NCBI GenBank assembly: GCA_964482205.1
Contig: CAYZWI010000003.1
Location: 83,126-147,125, forward strand
DNA from: an uncultured bacterium
GTDB taxonomy: Bacteria; Eisenbacteria; RBG-16-71-46; CAIMUX01; WJJG01
Length of the DNA stretch: 64,000 nt
Direction: 5' to 3'
Position numbers and translations under genes: made by a program. The notes beneath the pieces are model-generated. The model was not told the DNA's origin and searched no databases. It was given only the letters and a program-made list of their open reading frames with translations. This document shows positions 9,861-18,663 of this stretch, one piece after another; within the stretch, counting starts at the first letter, position 1; every line of letters starts with the position of its first letter.

Positions 9861-11570
9861 ATGAACCGCATTCCCTCCGTTTTCGCCTGCGCGCTCATTT
9901 TTGTATGTGTGCTGCTCGTCGCTTTGCCCGCTCGCGCGCAAACCTGCACTGCGACCGATCCCGCGACCGATGCGCCGCTCGCCAACGACGGCGGGCTCGT
10001 CCTGCGCACGCTGCCGCTGCCCACCGACACGCCCGGCGATCTCGCCTGGGACGGCGAAGCGCTGTGGGTCTCCGACTGGCAGCGCGGGCAACTGATCCGC
10101 TTCGATCCCGAACGCGGCAACACGCTTCAGCGCATCGACGCGCCTTGCTATCGCCCGCGCGGGCTCGAGTGGCGCGAGAACCTGCTGTATGTGGCCGACG
10201 ACTTCGAAGGCATGATCTATGTCTTCGATCCCGCGAGCAGACGGACGCTCACGCGCTACGCCACGCCGCACAAAGGCGGCCAGGGTCTCGCGTGGGACGG
10301 CGAAGGGCTGTGGCTCGCGGAAGCGGCCGACGGCAGCCTGCAACGCCTCATTCCGATGGACGGCACCGCGCTCACCTATTTCGCATCTCCGCAGCGCGAC
10401 CCGGGCGGTCTCGCCTTCGACGGGAAGTACTTGTGGGTGACGCAACGGATGCACGATCGCATCTACATGGTCGATCCCGTCTCCGGGCGGGCGATCACGA
10501 GCTTCGACGCGCCCGGGCCCTATCCCTGCGGGCTGGCCGCGCTGCCGAATGGACGGCTGTGGGTCGCCGACAACGAGACCGGCAATCTGACCCTCTGCGC
10601 GCCGCGCGAATGCCGCGCCTATCAGACGAGCGATTGGCGCGAGGCCGAGATCGAGATGATCTATCGCCTCGAGAACCAGGGGCCCGGCGAGATCGTCGAT
10701 GCGGCGGTGCACTTCGCGGTGCCCCAAGAAACGCTCGAGAACCAGACGATCCTGGATCCGCTCGTCTTCTCGCCGGGCGTTTCCGAACGCAGCGTCGATC
10801 AATGGGGCCAGTCGATCGCGACCTTCCGGCGCGACATCATCAAGCCCGGAGAGCGCTGCGAATTCTCCTATCGCACGCGGATCAAGCTGGCGAACCTCGC
10901 CTACATCGTGATTCCGGACAAGGTCGGAACGCTCAAGGATATTCCCGCCGACATCCGCAAGGCCTACACCGCCGACAGCGACCGCTATCGCATCACCACC
11001 CCGCTCGTGCGCGACACCGCGAAGCGCCTGGTCGGGAACGAGACGAATGTCTACTGGATGGTGCGCAACATCTACGACTGGATCATCGAGACGATGAGCT
11101 ACGAGATGGTCGGCGGCTGGGATGTGCCCGAGACCTTGATCAAGCGCAAGACGGGATCCTGCTCGGAGTACACCTTCCTCTTCATTGCGCTGTGCCGCTC
11201 GGCGGGAATTCCCGCGCGCTACGAAGCGGGCACCGTTCTGCGCGGCGACGATGCGAGCGTCGATGTCGCCTATCACCGCTGGACTGAGATCTATCTGCCG
11301 AATTACGGCTGGGTGCCCTTCGATCCGCAAGCCGGCGATCAACCCGCGCCGGGCAGCCAGGCCGATTGCATCGGCCGCCTCGGGAACCGCATCTTCGTCA
11401 CCACGCATGGGGGCGGCGGCTCCGATGCGCTCGGCTGGAGCTACAACTCGAACGCGATCTATTCCTTCGAAGGCCGCTGCGTCTTCAACGAAGACGCGTG
11501 GATCTCCTGGCGCCGGGCGAAGGAAGAAGGCAAAAGCATCGTGCCGAGTGGCGCCGTGCTGATGCCCTGA
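9861..11570 (+). CDS. Secreted protein: N-terminal beta-propeller-like repeats plus C-terminal transglutaminase-like cysteine protease domain
   Basis: Signal peptide MNRIPSVFACALIFVCVLLVALPARA. Five repeats of the LAWDGEALWVSD / LAFDGKYLWVTQ type are glutamine-cyclotransferase- or NHL-like. The transglutaminase core carries its catalytic triad in GSCSEYTFLFIALCRSAGIPARY ... YHRWTEIYLPNYGWVPFDP. Confidence 0.65.
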   Translation: MNRIPSVFACALIFVCVLLVALPARAQTCTATDPATDAPLANDGGLVLRTLPLPTDTPGDLAWDGEALWVSDWQRGQLIRFDPERGNTLQRIDAPCYRPRGLEWRENLLYVADDFEGMIYVFDPASRRTLTRYATPHKGGQGLAWDGEGLWLAEAADGSLQRLIPMDGTALTYFASPQRDPGGLAFDGKYLWVTQRMHDRIYMVDPVSGRAITSFDAPGPYPCGLAALPNGRLWVADNETGNLTLCAPRECRAYQTSDWREAEIEMIYRLENQGPGEIVDAAVHFAVPQETLENQTILDPLVFSPGVSERSVDQWGQSIATFRRDIIKPGERCEFSYRTRIKLANLAYIVIPDKVGTLKDIPADIRKAYTADSDRYRITTPLVRDTAKRLVGNETNVYWMVRNIYDWIIETMSYEMVGGWDVPETLIKRKTGSCSEYTFLFIALCRSAGIPARYEAGTVLRGDDASVDVAYHRWTEIYLPNYGWVPFDPQAGDQPAPGSQADCIGRLGNRIFVTTHGGGGSDALGWSYNSNAIYSFEGRCVFNEDAWISWRRAKEEGKSIVPSGAVLMP

Positions 11571-11574
11571 GGTG

Positions 11575-11622
11575 AAGGCGCGCGCCCCCTGCTCGAACTC
11601 TCTCTTGGCGCGCGCCGGTCCC
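11575..11622. repeat. REP-like palindromic extragenic element (copy 1; copy 2 at 37402-37449)
   Basis: aaGGCGCGCGCCccctgctcgaactctctcttGGCGCGCGCCggtccc. Two self-complementary GGCGCGCGCC arms flank an approximately 20-nt loop. It is about 90% identical to the copy at 37402-37449. Confidence 0.5.
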
Positions 11623-11658
11623 GCGCGGCCATCCGACCCCGCCGCCCCAAGAGAAGCA

Positions 11659-11690
11659 AACGGCGGCTCCGTGCTCCGGAAGCCGCCGTT
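11659..11690. terminator. Putative bidirectional stem-loop between convergent genes
   Basis: AACGGCGGC-tccgtgctccggaa-GCCGCCGTT forms a perfect 9-bp stem. It sits between the + gene ending at 11570 and the - gene ending at 11731. No clear U-tract follows. Confidence 0.3.
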
Positions 11691-11730
11691 CGCATGCGCG
11701 GGCAGAGGGGGCTCCACCCAGGACGAACGC

Positions 11731-12690
11731 CTAGTAGCGCTCTTCGATGATCCTTGCCGGCATCGCGTCGCGCGCGATGCGCTCCTGCCCGAAAGCGCGC
11801 AGATCGCCCATGCGAGCGCGCAGCACGAGACGGGTCACATCCTCTTCGTCATCGCCGACGCGCACTTCGTTCGGGAAGAACGCGGCGATCACCACCCATT
11901 CATCATCCGCCAGTCGCGTCAGCGTGTCGCCGTAGTCCATCAGGAGGTCCATCAATTCCTGCCGGCCCTTCTCGAGCCGTTCGGCTTTGCGTTCCGCCGC
12001 CTCCGCCTGCTTTTCCTTCCACTCCGCGCCCCATTCTCCGTCGAATAGAGGCGCGCGCATCATCCGGACCTCGACATTCTTCTCGACCTCGTCTTCATCA
12101 TCATCTTCATCGTCATCATCATCGTCATCGCCGACCTCGTCGCGGTCCCGCACGCGGTACTCGTACCTCCGTTTGCCCCCACGATCGTCGTCTTCGTCGT
12201 CGCTTTCGTCTCCATCTTCGTCTTCGTCATCGTCATGCGTCTCTTTTCGAATCACCGTCACCGTGCCATCGTCATTCGTCTCCACGTGAATGTTACGCAA
12301 GCGCGAGCCGATGTCCGGGACGTCGGGCATGTCGGGCAGGTCCTGAATGATCAGATTGTCTCCAAAGAAGCGCAGTCCGCCGGTGGCGGAAGCTTCGAAG
12401 CTGAAGATCGCTCCATATCCCGGGAGATAGAGGCCGCGCACCGGATGGAGGCCGGCGACCATGAAGTTGTCGCTTTTGACGAGCACCTTGTCGATGATCG
12501 TCTCCATGACATCGACCTGGCGCTTCAACTTTTCCGGCATGGCCCCGCCGCCCGCAGGTTGGGCCCAAGCGACCGACACCCATGCCAGCATCCCCATTGT
12601 CGCAATCGCCCAGACGGACATCCGCCCGGCCGTCTTCCATGCATTTCGAGTCATGTTGCCTCCTCGCATCCGCATTTCCATGCCCATCAC
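11731..12690 (-). CDS. Secreted poly-acidic protein of unknown function (last gene of the ECF sigma operon)
   Basis: Signal-like segment MSVWAIATMGMLAWVSVAWAQ. There are two very long Asp/Glu runs (HDDDEDEDGDESDDEDDD and DDDDDDDEDDDEDE). The gene overlaps the anti-sigma stop by 4 nt. The true start may be an internal Met (MTRNAWK). Confidence 0.5.
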   Translation of the reverse strand: MMGMEMRMRGGNMTRNAWKTAGRMSVWAIATMGMLAWVSVAWAQPAGGGAMPEKLKRQVDVMETIIDKVLVKSDNFMVAGLHPVRGLYLPGYGAIFSFEASATGGLRFFGDNLIIQDLPDMPDVPDIGSRLRNIHVETNDDGTVTVIRKETHDDDEDEDGDESDDEDDDRGGKRRYEYRVRDRDEVGDDDDDDDEDDDEDEVEKNVEVRMMRAPLFDGEWGAEWKEKQAEAAERKAERLEKGRQELMDLLMDYGDTLTRLADDEWVVIAAFFPNEVRVGDDEEDVTRLVLRARMGDLRAFGQERIARDAMPARIIEERY

Positions 12691-13709
12691 CTCGTGGTGT
12701 CATCGCTCTCCCGTGGAGACGGGCCGAGCGTGTTTTCCTGTTGCGTCGATGGTCTTGTCAACGGCCGTTCCATCCCGCCGCTTCCAGTTGCCTGGTAGGC
12801 AGCCAGCTTGAGCAAGGCGTCCGCGAACTGCGCATTCATCTCGTCCTGATGACGCTTCTGGCGCGAATCGAGATCGTCGTAGATGCCGTTCAGCACATAG
12901 GCGAGCTCCGCTTCGCGGCGGCGGTCGTATTCGGTCAAGCCTTGCGCGATGAGCTGCACGAACTGGTTCGAGTACTCGGCGAATTCAGCGCGCGTCAGAT
13001 ACGGCCGCACCACATCTTGACCGGCGCGCGGTCCGCCCGGCTCACCGGCCGGTACACCGCCGTCCGCGCGCAGAGCATCACCGGCCGGCTCTCCCCGGGC
13101 GTCCGCGGGGGTCCTGCTCGGCTCGAGCGGGATCCCCTGCGAGTCTTGCTTGGCGTCATTCGTCTCCTCGAGCGGAATGTCCGCCAGCGGGCCGCGCGAA
13201 CCAGCCGCCGGCTCATCCGCGCGCGCCGCCGTTTCGTTCGACGGCCCAGTCGAGTTCGCGATGGAATCGTTCGATTCCATCTGCGTCTCTCCGAACCGCA
13301 CCACGAGCGCCCCGTTCTCGCGATCGATCCGCAATCCGGCCAGCATCAGGACGAGCAGTGCGGCGGCGCCCAAGGCGAAGCTCGCGATCGGCAGGCGCAG
13401 GGCGGCCCAGGATCCTGCCCTTCGCGTTTCGAATCGCCGTTCCTCTTCGCGCACTGTCACCCCGTGTGACTGCAGAGCACGATCGCTCGAGGAGTCGACC
13501 GGCAACAGGAACGAAAACGCGGGCGCCTTCTCCTCCACGCGCGACTCCTGCAAGAAGCCCCGCGCGGCCGTGAGCTCTTCCCACTCGGCTCGCAGCCCGG
13601 CGTCCGTGGCGAGCGCTTCATGAAACGCGCGCTCCTCCTCGGCGGACAATTCGCCGTAGAGGGCCGCGATCATTCGATCGCGACGAGGATCCAATGCATC
13701 GGCGGTCAT
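12687..13709 (-). CDS. Putative anti-sigma factor (single-pass membrane protein)
   Basis: The ORF follows the ECF sigma gene with a 4-nt overlap. It has an N-terminal cytoplasmic anti-sigma-like segment (DRMIAALYGELSAEEERAFHEALATDAGL), one TM helix (LPIASFALGAAALLVLMLAGL) and a Pro/Ala/Gly-rich periplasmic C-terminal region. Confidence 0.55.
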   Translation of the reverse strand: MTADALDPRRDRMIAALYGELSAEEERAFHEALATDAGLRAEWEELTAARGFLQESRVEEKAPAFSFLLPVDSSSDRALQSHGVTVREEERRFETRRAGSWAALRLPIASFALGAAALLVLMLAGLRIDRENGALVVRFGETQMESNDSIANSTGPSNETAARADEPAAGSRGPLADIPLEETNDAKQDSQGIPLEPSRTPADARGEPAGDALRADGGVPAGEPGGPRAGQDVVRPYLTRAEFAEYSNQFVQLIAQGLTEYDRRREAELAYVLNGIYDDLDSRQKRHQDEMNAQFADALLKLAAYQATGSGGMERPLTRPSTQQENTLGPSPRESDDTTR

Positions 13710-14299
13710 GCCCGCTCACCTCCTTTCATCCCCTTTCGACGATCCGAAGGGGCATTCTGTTCAGCGAGCATCTGATGAATGGCGCGCAGGCCGTAAAAAA
13801 TCCGGGTGCGGACGGTCGCGGCCGGCACGCCGGTGATTTCGGCGATCTCGTCGGATGTGAAGCCCTGGTACTCGCGCAGCAAGATCGCGGTGCGTTGCTC
13901 GAGAGAGAGCCGCTCGAGCAAGGCCTGGGCCGTCTGCCAGCGGATCACTTCTTCCTGCGCGGGAACGAGCGACATCTCCGACAGGCGCGCGCCTTCCGCG
14001 CCCTCTTCAAGATCGAGCGACTGGAAATGAGGACGCGCTTGCGCAGCGCGATGCCAGTCGCGGCAGAGATTGAGCGCGATGTGATGCAGCCAGGCGCGAA
14101 ATTTCTCCGGCTCGCGCAAGCGACGGATGTTCAGATAGGCCTTGAGGAGCGCTTCCTGGCAGACATCCTGCGCGTCCTCGCTGGTTCCCAGCATGCGGCG
14201 CACGAAGGGAAAGAGCCCGGCATGGGCCTTGCCCGCCAGCTCATTGAACGCGCGCAGGTCTCCCTGCTGGGAAAGAACCACGAGCTCGGTATCGGTCAT
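13706..14299 (-). CDS. ECF-type RNA polymerase sigma factor (sigma-70 family)
   Basis: Region 2 (FNELAGKAHAGLFPFVRRMLG...AQDVCQEALLKAYLNIRRL) and a region-4 HTH (FTSDEIAEITGVPAATVRTRIFYGLRAI) are present. The 197-aa length fits an ECF sigma. Confidence 0.85.
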   Translation of the reverse strand: MTDTELVVLSQQGDLRAFNELAGKAHAGLFPFVRRMLGTSEDAQDVCQEALLKAYLNIRRLREPEKFRAWLHHIALNLCRDWHRAAQARPHFQSLDLEEGAEGARLSEMSLVPAQEEVIRWQTAQALLERLSLEQRTAILLREYQGFTSDEIAEITGVPAATVRTRIFYGLRAIHQMLAEQNAPSDRRKGMKGGERA

Positions 14300-14340
14300 G
14301 AATACGCGCCGCCTCCCCAGCTTTCCTCGCTTCCCGATAG

Positions 14341-14369
14341 TAGACGCATCCGGGCGCCCAAATGTTCAA
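14341..14369 (-). promoter_or_regulatory. Putative ECF-type autoregulatory promoter upstream of the sigma gene
   Basis: The minus-strand sequence reads TGAACA-N17-CGTCTA (-35 AAC, -10 CGT). It lies about 45 bp upstream of the sigma start. Confidence 0.35.
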
Positions 14370-14531
14370 ACCGGAATCCGGACCAGAATCTCCGGGCGGC
14401 CGCCGTCTGAGCCGCTCGTGGCCGAAATCGGGTCCCTGCGCCAGGAGTTGGGCGCGAGGGCGCGAGCATGCGGCCTATTGACAGCCTGCCCAGCATTTGG
14501 CATTAGCGAGTGACCACCTGGAGGGAGTCCG

Positions 14532-16745
14532 TTGTCGCGAGTCCAGACTCGTTCGCGCCCCGCCGCAAAGCCGGGGGCCGTTCCCGTTGCCGCGCGTCCG
14601 GCATCGTGGAGCCCTGCCTGGACGATCGCCCTCATCCTCATCGCCCTTGCGACGGCCGCGATCCACTACGCCGAGCCGGTGCGCGACGGCGACCTCTTCT
14701 TCCATCTCGCCTATGGGCGCTACTTCCTCGAGCATCACACGCTGATTCCCGATCACACCGCCTTCAGCTGGTCGCCGACCGACGGCAAGAACATCTACTG
14801 CGCGTGGATTCCCGAGATCTTCTTCTATCTCGCGCACCAGGCGGGCGGCTACGCCCCGCTCTTCGCCTTCACCTACCTCTGCCTGCTCGTCTTCGTCGCC
14901 GCGACGCTTTGGATGGCCCGGAGACTCGGCGTGCTTCGCCATCCGCTGGTCGGCGTGATCCTGCTGCTCGGATTGCTCATGTCCGATAGCGCAGCCTACA
15001 ACAAGCCCGAGATCTTCTCCTATGTCTTCCTGGTCGTCGCCGTGACCTTGTGGGCGCTCGTCAAGACCGCGGGAGAGCGCGCCTGGAAACTCGTCTACGG
15101 CTTCCCCGTCCTGATGCTGCTGTGGGTGAACAGTCACGGCGGATACATCTTCGGCGTCTTGTTCCTGGCGCTCATGTTCGCGGGCGAAACAGTCAATCGC
15201 CGCTTCGCCCCTTCCCAGGCGCTTCCCGCGAGGGTGTGGAAGCATCTCTCGTACGCGATGGCCTTGAGCGCTCTCGCGATCCTCGTCACTCCCTACGGCA
15301 TTCGCTACCCGCTGCACTTGTTGACGGTCTTCTCGAAGGATTCGCCCGAGGACTGGGGGATGGTGCGCGCCTATCTCTCGATCTTCGACTCGCGCGCGCA
15401 GCATCTGTTCTATGTGCCCTACTTCGCGATCGTGATCGGGTTGTTCGCGCTCGCCGCGTGGGGCAAGCCCAATTTGCGGCGCATCGACTGGGCGCTCCTC
15501 CTGCCCAATCTCGGCCTCGCGTTTGTCTACACGCGCTATCTGCGGTCGACCTACTACTGGGCGCCCGTCTTGGCGATCGGCCTGCTGCTCCTCTTGTCGC
15601 GCCGGCGCGGCCCACTCTGGGCGGCCCGCCCGCGCTGGGCGGCCTACGCCATCGGCGCGGTTTTCTTGATCGGCGCTCTCGCACTCTCGACGCGCGCGAC
15701 CTATCAGTCGATCTGCCGCCCGACGGGTACGCGCTGGTGCGGCTTCGGCGTCTCGTACCAGAATCCCGTCGACGAGGCCGAGTTCATTCGCACGCATTTC
15801 GCCGGCCGCCGCCTGGGCAACGATTACGGCGGCGGGGCCTACCTGTTGTGGAAGCTCTATCCAAAAACCAAGGTGATGGTCGATCCGCGCGGCTTCCCGT
15901 ACCGTTCGTGGATCTCGCGCTATCAAGCGCTCGCGGACGCGAAAGACATGCCGGGATTCCTGAAGGACTTTCCGGCCGAGGTCTGGTGCGTGAATCACTC
16001 GTACGAGCGCCTGACTGCCTGGTTCCTGCGTCAGCCCGATTGGAAGCTCGCCTACTATGGGCCGTCCAGCGCGGTCTTCGCCCGCAGCGACATCCCGATC
16101 CCGGAGATGGAGGATCGTTCCGCCGAAAGCATCGCGCGGATTTCGAACGCCAGCCAGGCGCTCTTCGTCTTCCGCTTCGCGATGGCGATCAGCGACTGGG
16201 ACACTTCCTCGCAGATTCTCGCGCGCATGCGCAGTCACTTTCCTTGCTCGCACACGCGCGCAATGACCGAGTCGATGGAGGATCTGTACGCGGGCACCCG
16301 CGCGTACTACGACGAGAACTATCCGGAAGCGATTCGCCGTCTGGAGAAATGCCGCGCGGGCGGCGCGATCTCCGACCCCAATCTCCTCGTGAACGCCTAC
16401 TATCGCGTGATCGCCTCTTCCTGGAGCAAGCACGACGAGCGCGCGGCGTATGCGTCGGCCCAGGCCGCGCTCGCCGTGCGTCCCGATGACCCGATCGCGC
16501 TCTACAACGCGGGGGTGATCGGCTGGTATGTGGAAGCGCAGGCGGGCCCGCAAGGCGGGCGCGCAGCAGGCGCGGACGCGACGGGCTTGTCGCTGGCGCC
16601 GGTCGCGGGCTCGTGGCGCGATCCGCTGCGCCGCTTCCTGAAGGTGACCGAGAACCAGCCGATCAATCCGACGCTCACATCCGTTGCTTCAAAAATGCTC
16701 CAGGGGGAGTATGCTGAAAGGCCAAGTTTGGTGATGCCGAGATAG
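14532..16745 (+). CDS. Large polytopic membrane protein with C-terminal soluble TPR-like region (GT-C-like, family unassigned)
   Basis: 737 aa with at least 10 predicted TM helices and a motif WVNSHGG in a loop. The C-terminal region of about 250 aa is soluble and helical. The only in-frame start is a TTG at 14532. There is no internal Met before the first TM segment. Confidence 0.5.
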   Translation: MSRVQTRSRPAAKPGAVPVAARPASWSPAWTIALILIALATAAIHYAEPVRDGDLFFHLAYGRYFLEHHTLIPDHTAFSWSPTDGKNIYCAWIPEIFFYLAHQAGGYAPLFAFTYLCLLVFVAATLWMARRLGVLRHPLVGVILLLGLLMSDSAAYNKPEIFSYVFLVVAVTLWALVKTAGERAWKLVYGFPVLMLLWVNSHGGYIFGVLFLALMFAGETVNRRFAPSQALPARVWKHLSYAMALSALAILVTPYGIRYPLHLLTVFSKDSPEDWGMVRAYLSIFDSRAQHLFYVPYFAIVIGLFALAAWGKPNLRRIDWALLLPNLGLAFVYTRYLRSTYYWAPVLAIGLLLLLSRRRGPLWAARPRWAAYAIGAVFLIGALALSTRATYQSICRPTGTRWCGFGVSYQNPVDEAEFIRTHFAGRRLGNDYGGGAYLLWKLYPKTKVMVDPRGFPYRSWISRYQALADAKDMPGFLKDFPAEVWCVNHSYERLTAWFLRQPDWKLAYYGPSSAVFARSDIPIPEMEDRSAESIARISNASQALFVFRFAMAISDWDTSSQILARMRSHFPCSHTRAMTESMEDLYAGTRAYYDENYPEAIRRLEKCRAGGAISDPNLLVNAYYRVIASSWSKHDERAAYASAQAALAVRPDDPIALYNAGVIGWYVEAQAGPQGGRAAGADATGLSLAPVAGSWRDPLRRFLKVTENQPINPTLTSVASKMLQGEYAERPSLVMPR

Positions 16746-16860
16746 CGACGCGGGGCCGCAAGATCGAGCGGCTTCCGTGCGTCCGATGGGTTGGGAGCCT
16801 GACCGTTTCTGGAATCCGACACGGCTTGCGGAATCCGACGCGGCTTCGTGGAGCGGAACC

Positions 16861-17715
16861 ATGCGCATGGCGATCGTGCAATCGTGCTACATCCCGTGGA
16901 AGGGCTACTTCAGCCTGATCGACCTTGTCGACCAATTCGTACTCTATGACGATGTGCAGTACACGCGCGACTGGCGCAATCGAAATCGCATTCGGACTTC
17001 CTCCGGCGCCCAGTGGATCTCGATTCCCATCGCCGTCAAGGGCCAGCGCTTTCAGCGCGTGCGCGACGCCCAGGTGAGCGAGCCGGGCTGGGCCGAGCGC
17101 CACTGGCGCACGCTCTGCCATCACTATCGTCAGGCTCCACACTTCTCCGAAATCGCGCCGGCCATCGAAGAGGCCTACGCGCGCGCCGGCGCAGAGACGC
17201 ACTTGAGCGACATCAACGGCTGCTTTCTGCGACTGCTGGCCGGGATGCTCAACATCACGACTCCGCTTCACTGGTCGATGGAATTCCCCCTCGTGGAGGG
17301 CCGCACCGCGCGGCTCGTCGATCTCTGCCGTCAACTCGGCGCGGACGAATATCTCACCGGGCCCGCCGCACGCAGCTATTTGGATGAATCACTGTTTGCG
17401 AAGGCCGGCATTCGAGTGATCTGGATGGATTATTCCGGCTACCCGGACTATTCCCAGGTGCACGGCTCTCCTTGTCTGCACGAGGTGACCGCGATCGACC
17501 TTCTGATGAACCTCGGCATCGAGCGCGCGGCCGCGTACATGGCCGATTTCCGCGCGCGCGCCGAAGCGCGGTTGCAGGTGCCTTCGACCGTCGCCGCATC
17601 CTCAATCGCCGCTTCCGCGAACGCCGCATCCTCGGCCGCCTCCTCCCCTGCCGGGCGCCCGCATCCCAGCGCGCCTCCGAAGCCCCCCACGTCGTGGCAG
17701 GGAGACGCCTTCTGA
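16861..17715 (+). CDS. WbqC-like family protein
   Basis: The N-terminus MRMAIVQSCYIPWKGYFSLIDLVDQFVLYDDVQY matches the WbqC-like (PF08889) signature MKxAIMQPYFFPYIGYFQLI. The ATG at 16861 lies in the frame of the listed ORF 16777-17715. The C-terminal tail is low-complexity and Ala/Ser-rich. Confidence 0.7.
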   Translation: MRMAIVQSCYIPWKGYFSLIDLVDQFVLYDDVQYTRDWRNRNRIRTSSGAQWISIPIAVKGQRFQRVRDAQVSEPGWAERHWRTLCHHYRQAPHFSEIAPAIEEAYARAGAETHLSDINGCFLRLLAGMLNITTPLHWSMEFPLVEGRTARLVDLCRQLGADEYLTGPAARSYLDESLFAKAGIRVIWMDYSGYPDYSQVHGSPCLHEVTAIDLLMNLGIERAAAYMADFRARAEARLQVPSTVAASSIAASANAASSAASSPAGRPHPSAPPKPPTSWQGDAF

Positions 17716-18626
17716 TGCCGCCCGGCTTCATCATCAACTTCACTCCGACCGGCATGATCCCCACCAAGGCGATGACTCCGGAAGTGCCCGTCCAGCCTGC
17801 GGAAATCGTCGCCCAGATCTGCGAAGCGGCCGCGCTGGGCGCGAACATGGTGCACATTCACGCGCGCGACCCGGAGACCGGGCAACCGAGCCATCGCAAG
17901 GAGATCTACGCGGAGATCATCCGGGCCGTGCGCAAGCAATGCCCCGGCCTCGTGATCAGCGTCTCGACGAGCGGGCGGCAAGTGGCCGAGTTCGAGAAGC
18001 GCTCCGAGGTGCTCGATCTGGAAGGCGACGCGAAGCCCGACTTCGCCAGCCTGACGCTGAGCTCGCTCAACTTCAACAAGCAGGCGAGCATCAACACGCC
18101 GCAGATGATCCAGAGCCTGGCCGCGAAGATGCGCGAGCGCGGCATTCGGCCCGAGCTCGAGGCCTTCGATCTCGGGATGATCAACTACGCGAAATACCTC
18201 GCGAAAAAAGACCTTCTCCGGCCGCCCTTCTACTTCAATCTCATTCTCGGCAACATCGCCTGCGCCCAAGCCACGCTCCTTTCGCTGGGCCTGATGATCA
18301 ACGAGCTGCCGCCCGAATCGATCTGGTCGGTCGGCGGCGTAGGCGATGCCCAAGCGTCGATGAACGCGATGGCGATCGTCGCGGGCGGCGGCGTGCGCGT
18401 CGGACTGGAGGACAACATCTGGTACGACGAGGAGCGCACGCGGCTCGCGACCAATCGCGACCTCGTCGAGCGTGTGCTCACGATCGGGCAGGCGATGGGA
18501 CGAAGGCCGTGCACCGCGAAAGAGGCGCGCGCGTGGCTGGGCCTCGACGAGCGGATGGCGGGAGTGCGGAGGCGAAGACGCACGCAGACCAGCGGCCATA
18601 GGCCCGGCGGACCCAGGGCCCAGTGA
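17715..18626 (+). CDS. Beta-keto acid cleavage enzyme (BKACE/DUF849; 3-keto-5-aminohexanoate cleavage enzyme-like)
   Basis: The N-terminus MPPGFIINFTPTGMIPTKAMTPEVPVQPAEIVAQICEAAALGANMVHIHARD is the BKACE TIM-barrel signature. The start overlaps the WbqC-like stop as ATGA. Confidence 0.75.
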   Translation: MPPGFIINFTPTGMIPTKAMTPEVPVQPAEIVAQICEAAALGANMVHIHARDPETGQPSHRKEIYAEIIRAVRKQCPGLVISVSTSGRQVAEFEKRSEVLDLEGDAKPDFASLTLSSLNFNKQASINTPQMIQSLAAKMRERGIRPELEAFDLGMINYAKYLAKKDLLRPPFYFNLILGNIACAQATLLSLGLMINELPPESIWSVGGVGDAQASMNAMAIVAGGGVRVGLEDNIWYDEERTRLATNRDLVERVLTIGQAMGRRPCTAKEARAWLGLDERMAGVRRRRRTQTSGHRPGGPRAQ

Positions 18627-18663
18627 TGCAGGTACGGCGGCCAGAAACGGCCAGCCGGTTGGG

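Noticed and set aside
9333-11717. 794-aa minus-strand ORF
   Set aside because: It is antisense to the well-supported beta-propeller/transglutaminase gene. Its product is R/G/A-rich with no domain signatures.
14475-16553. 692-aa minus-strand ORF
   Set aside because: It is antisense to the polytopic membrane protein gene. Its product is arginine-rich and low-complexity.
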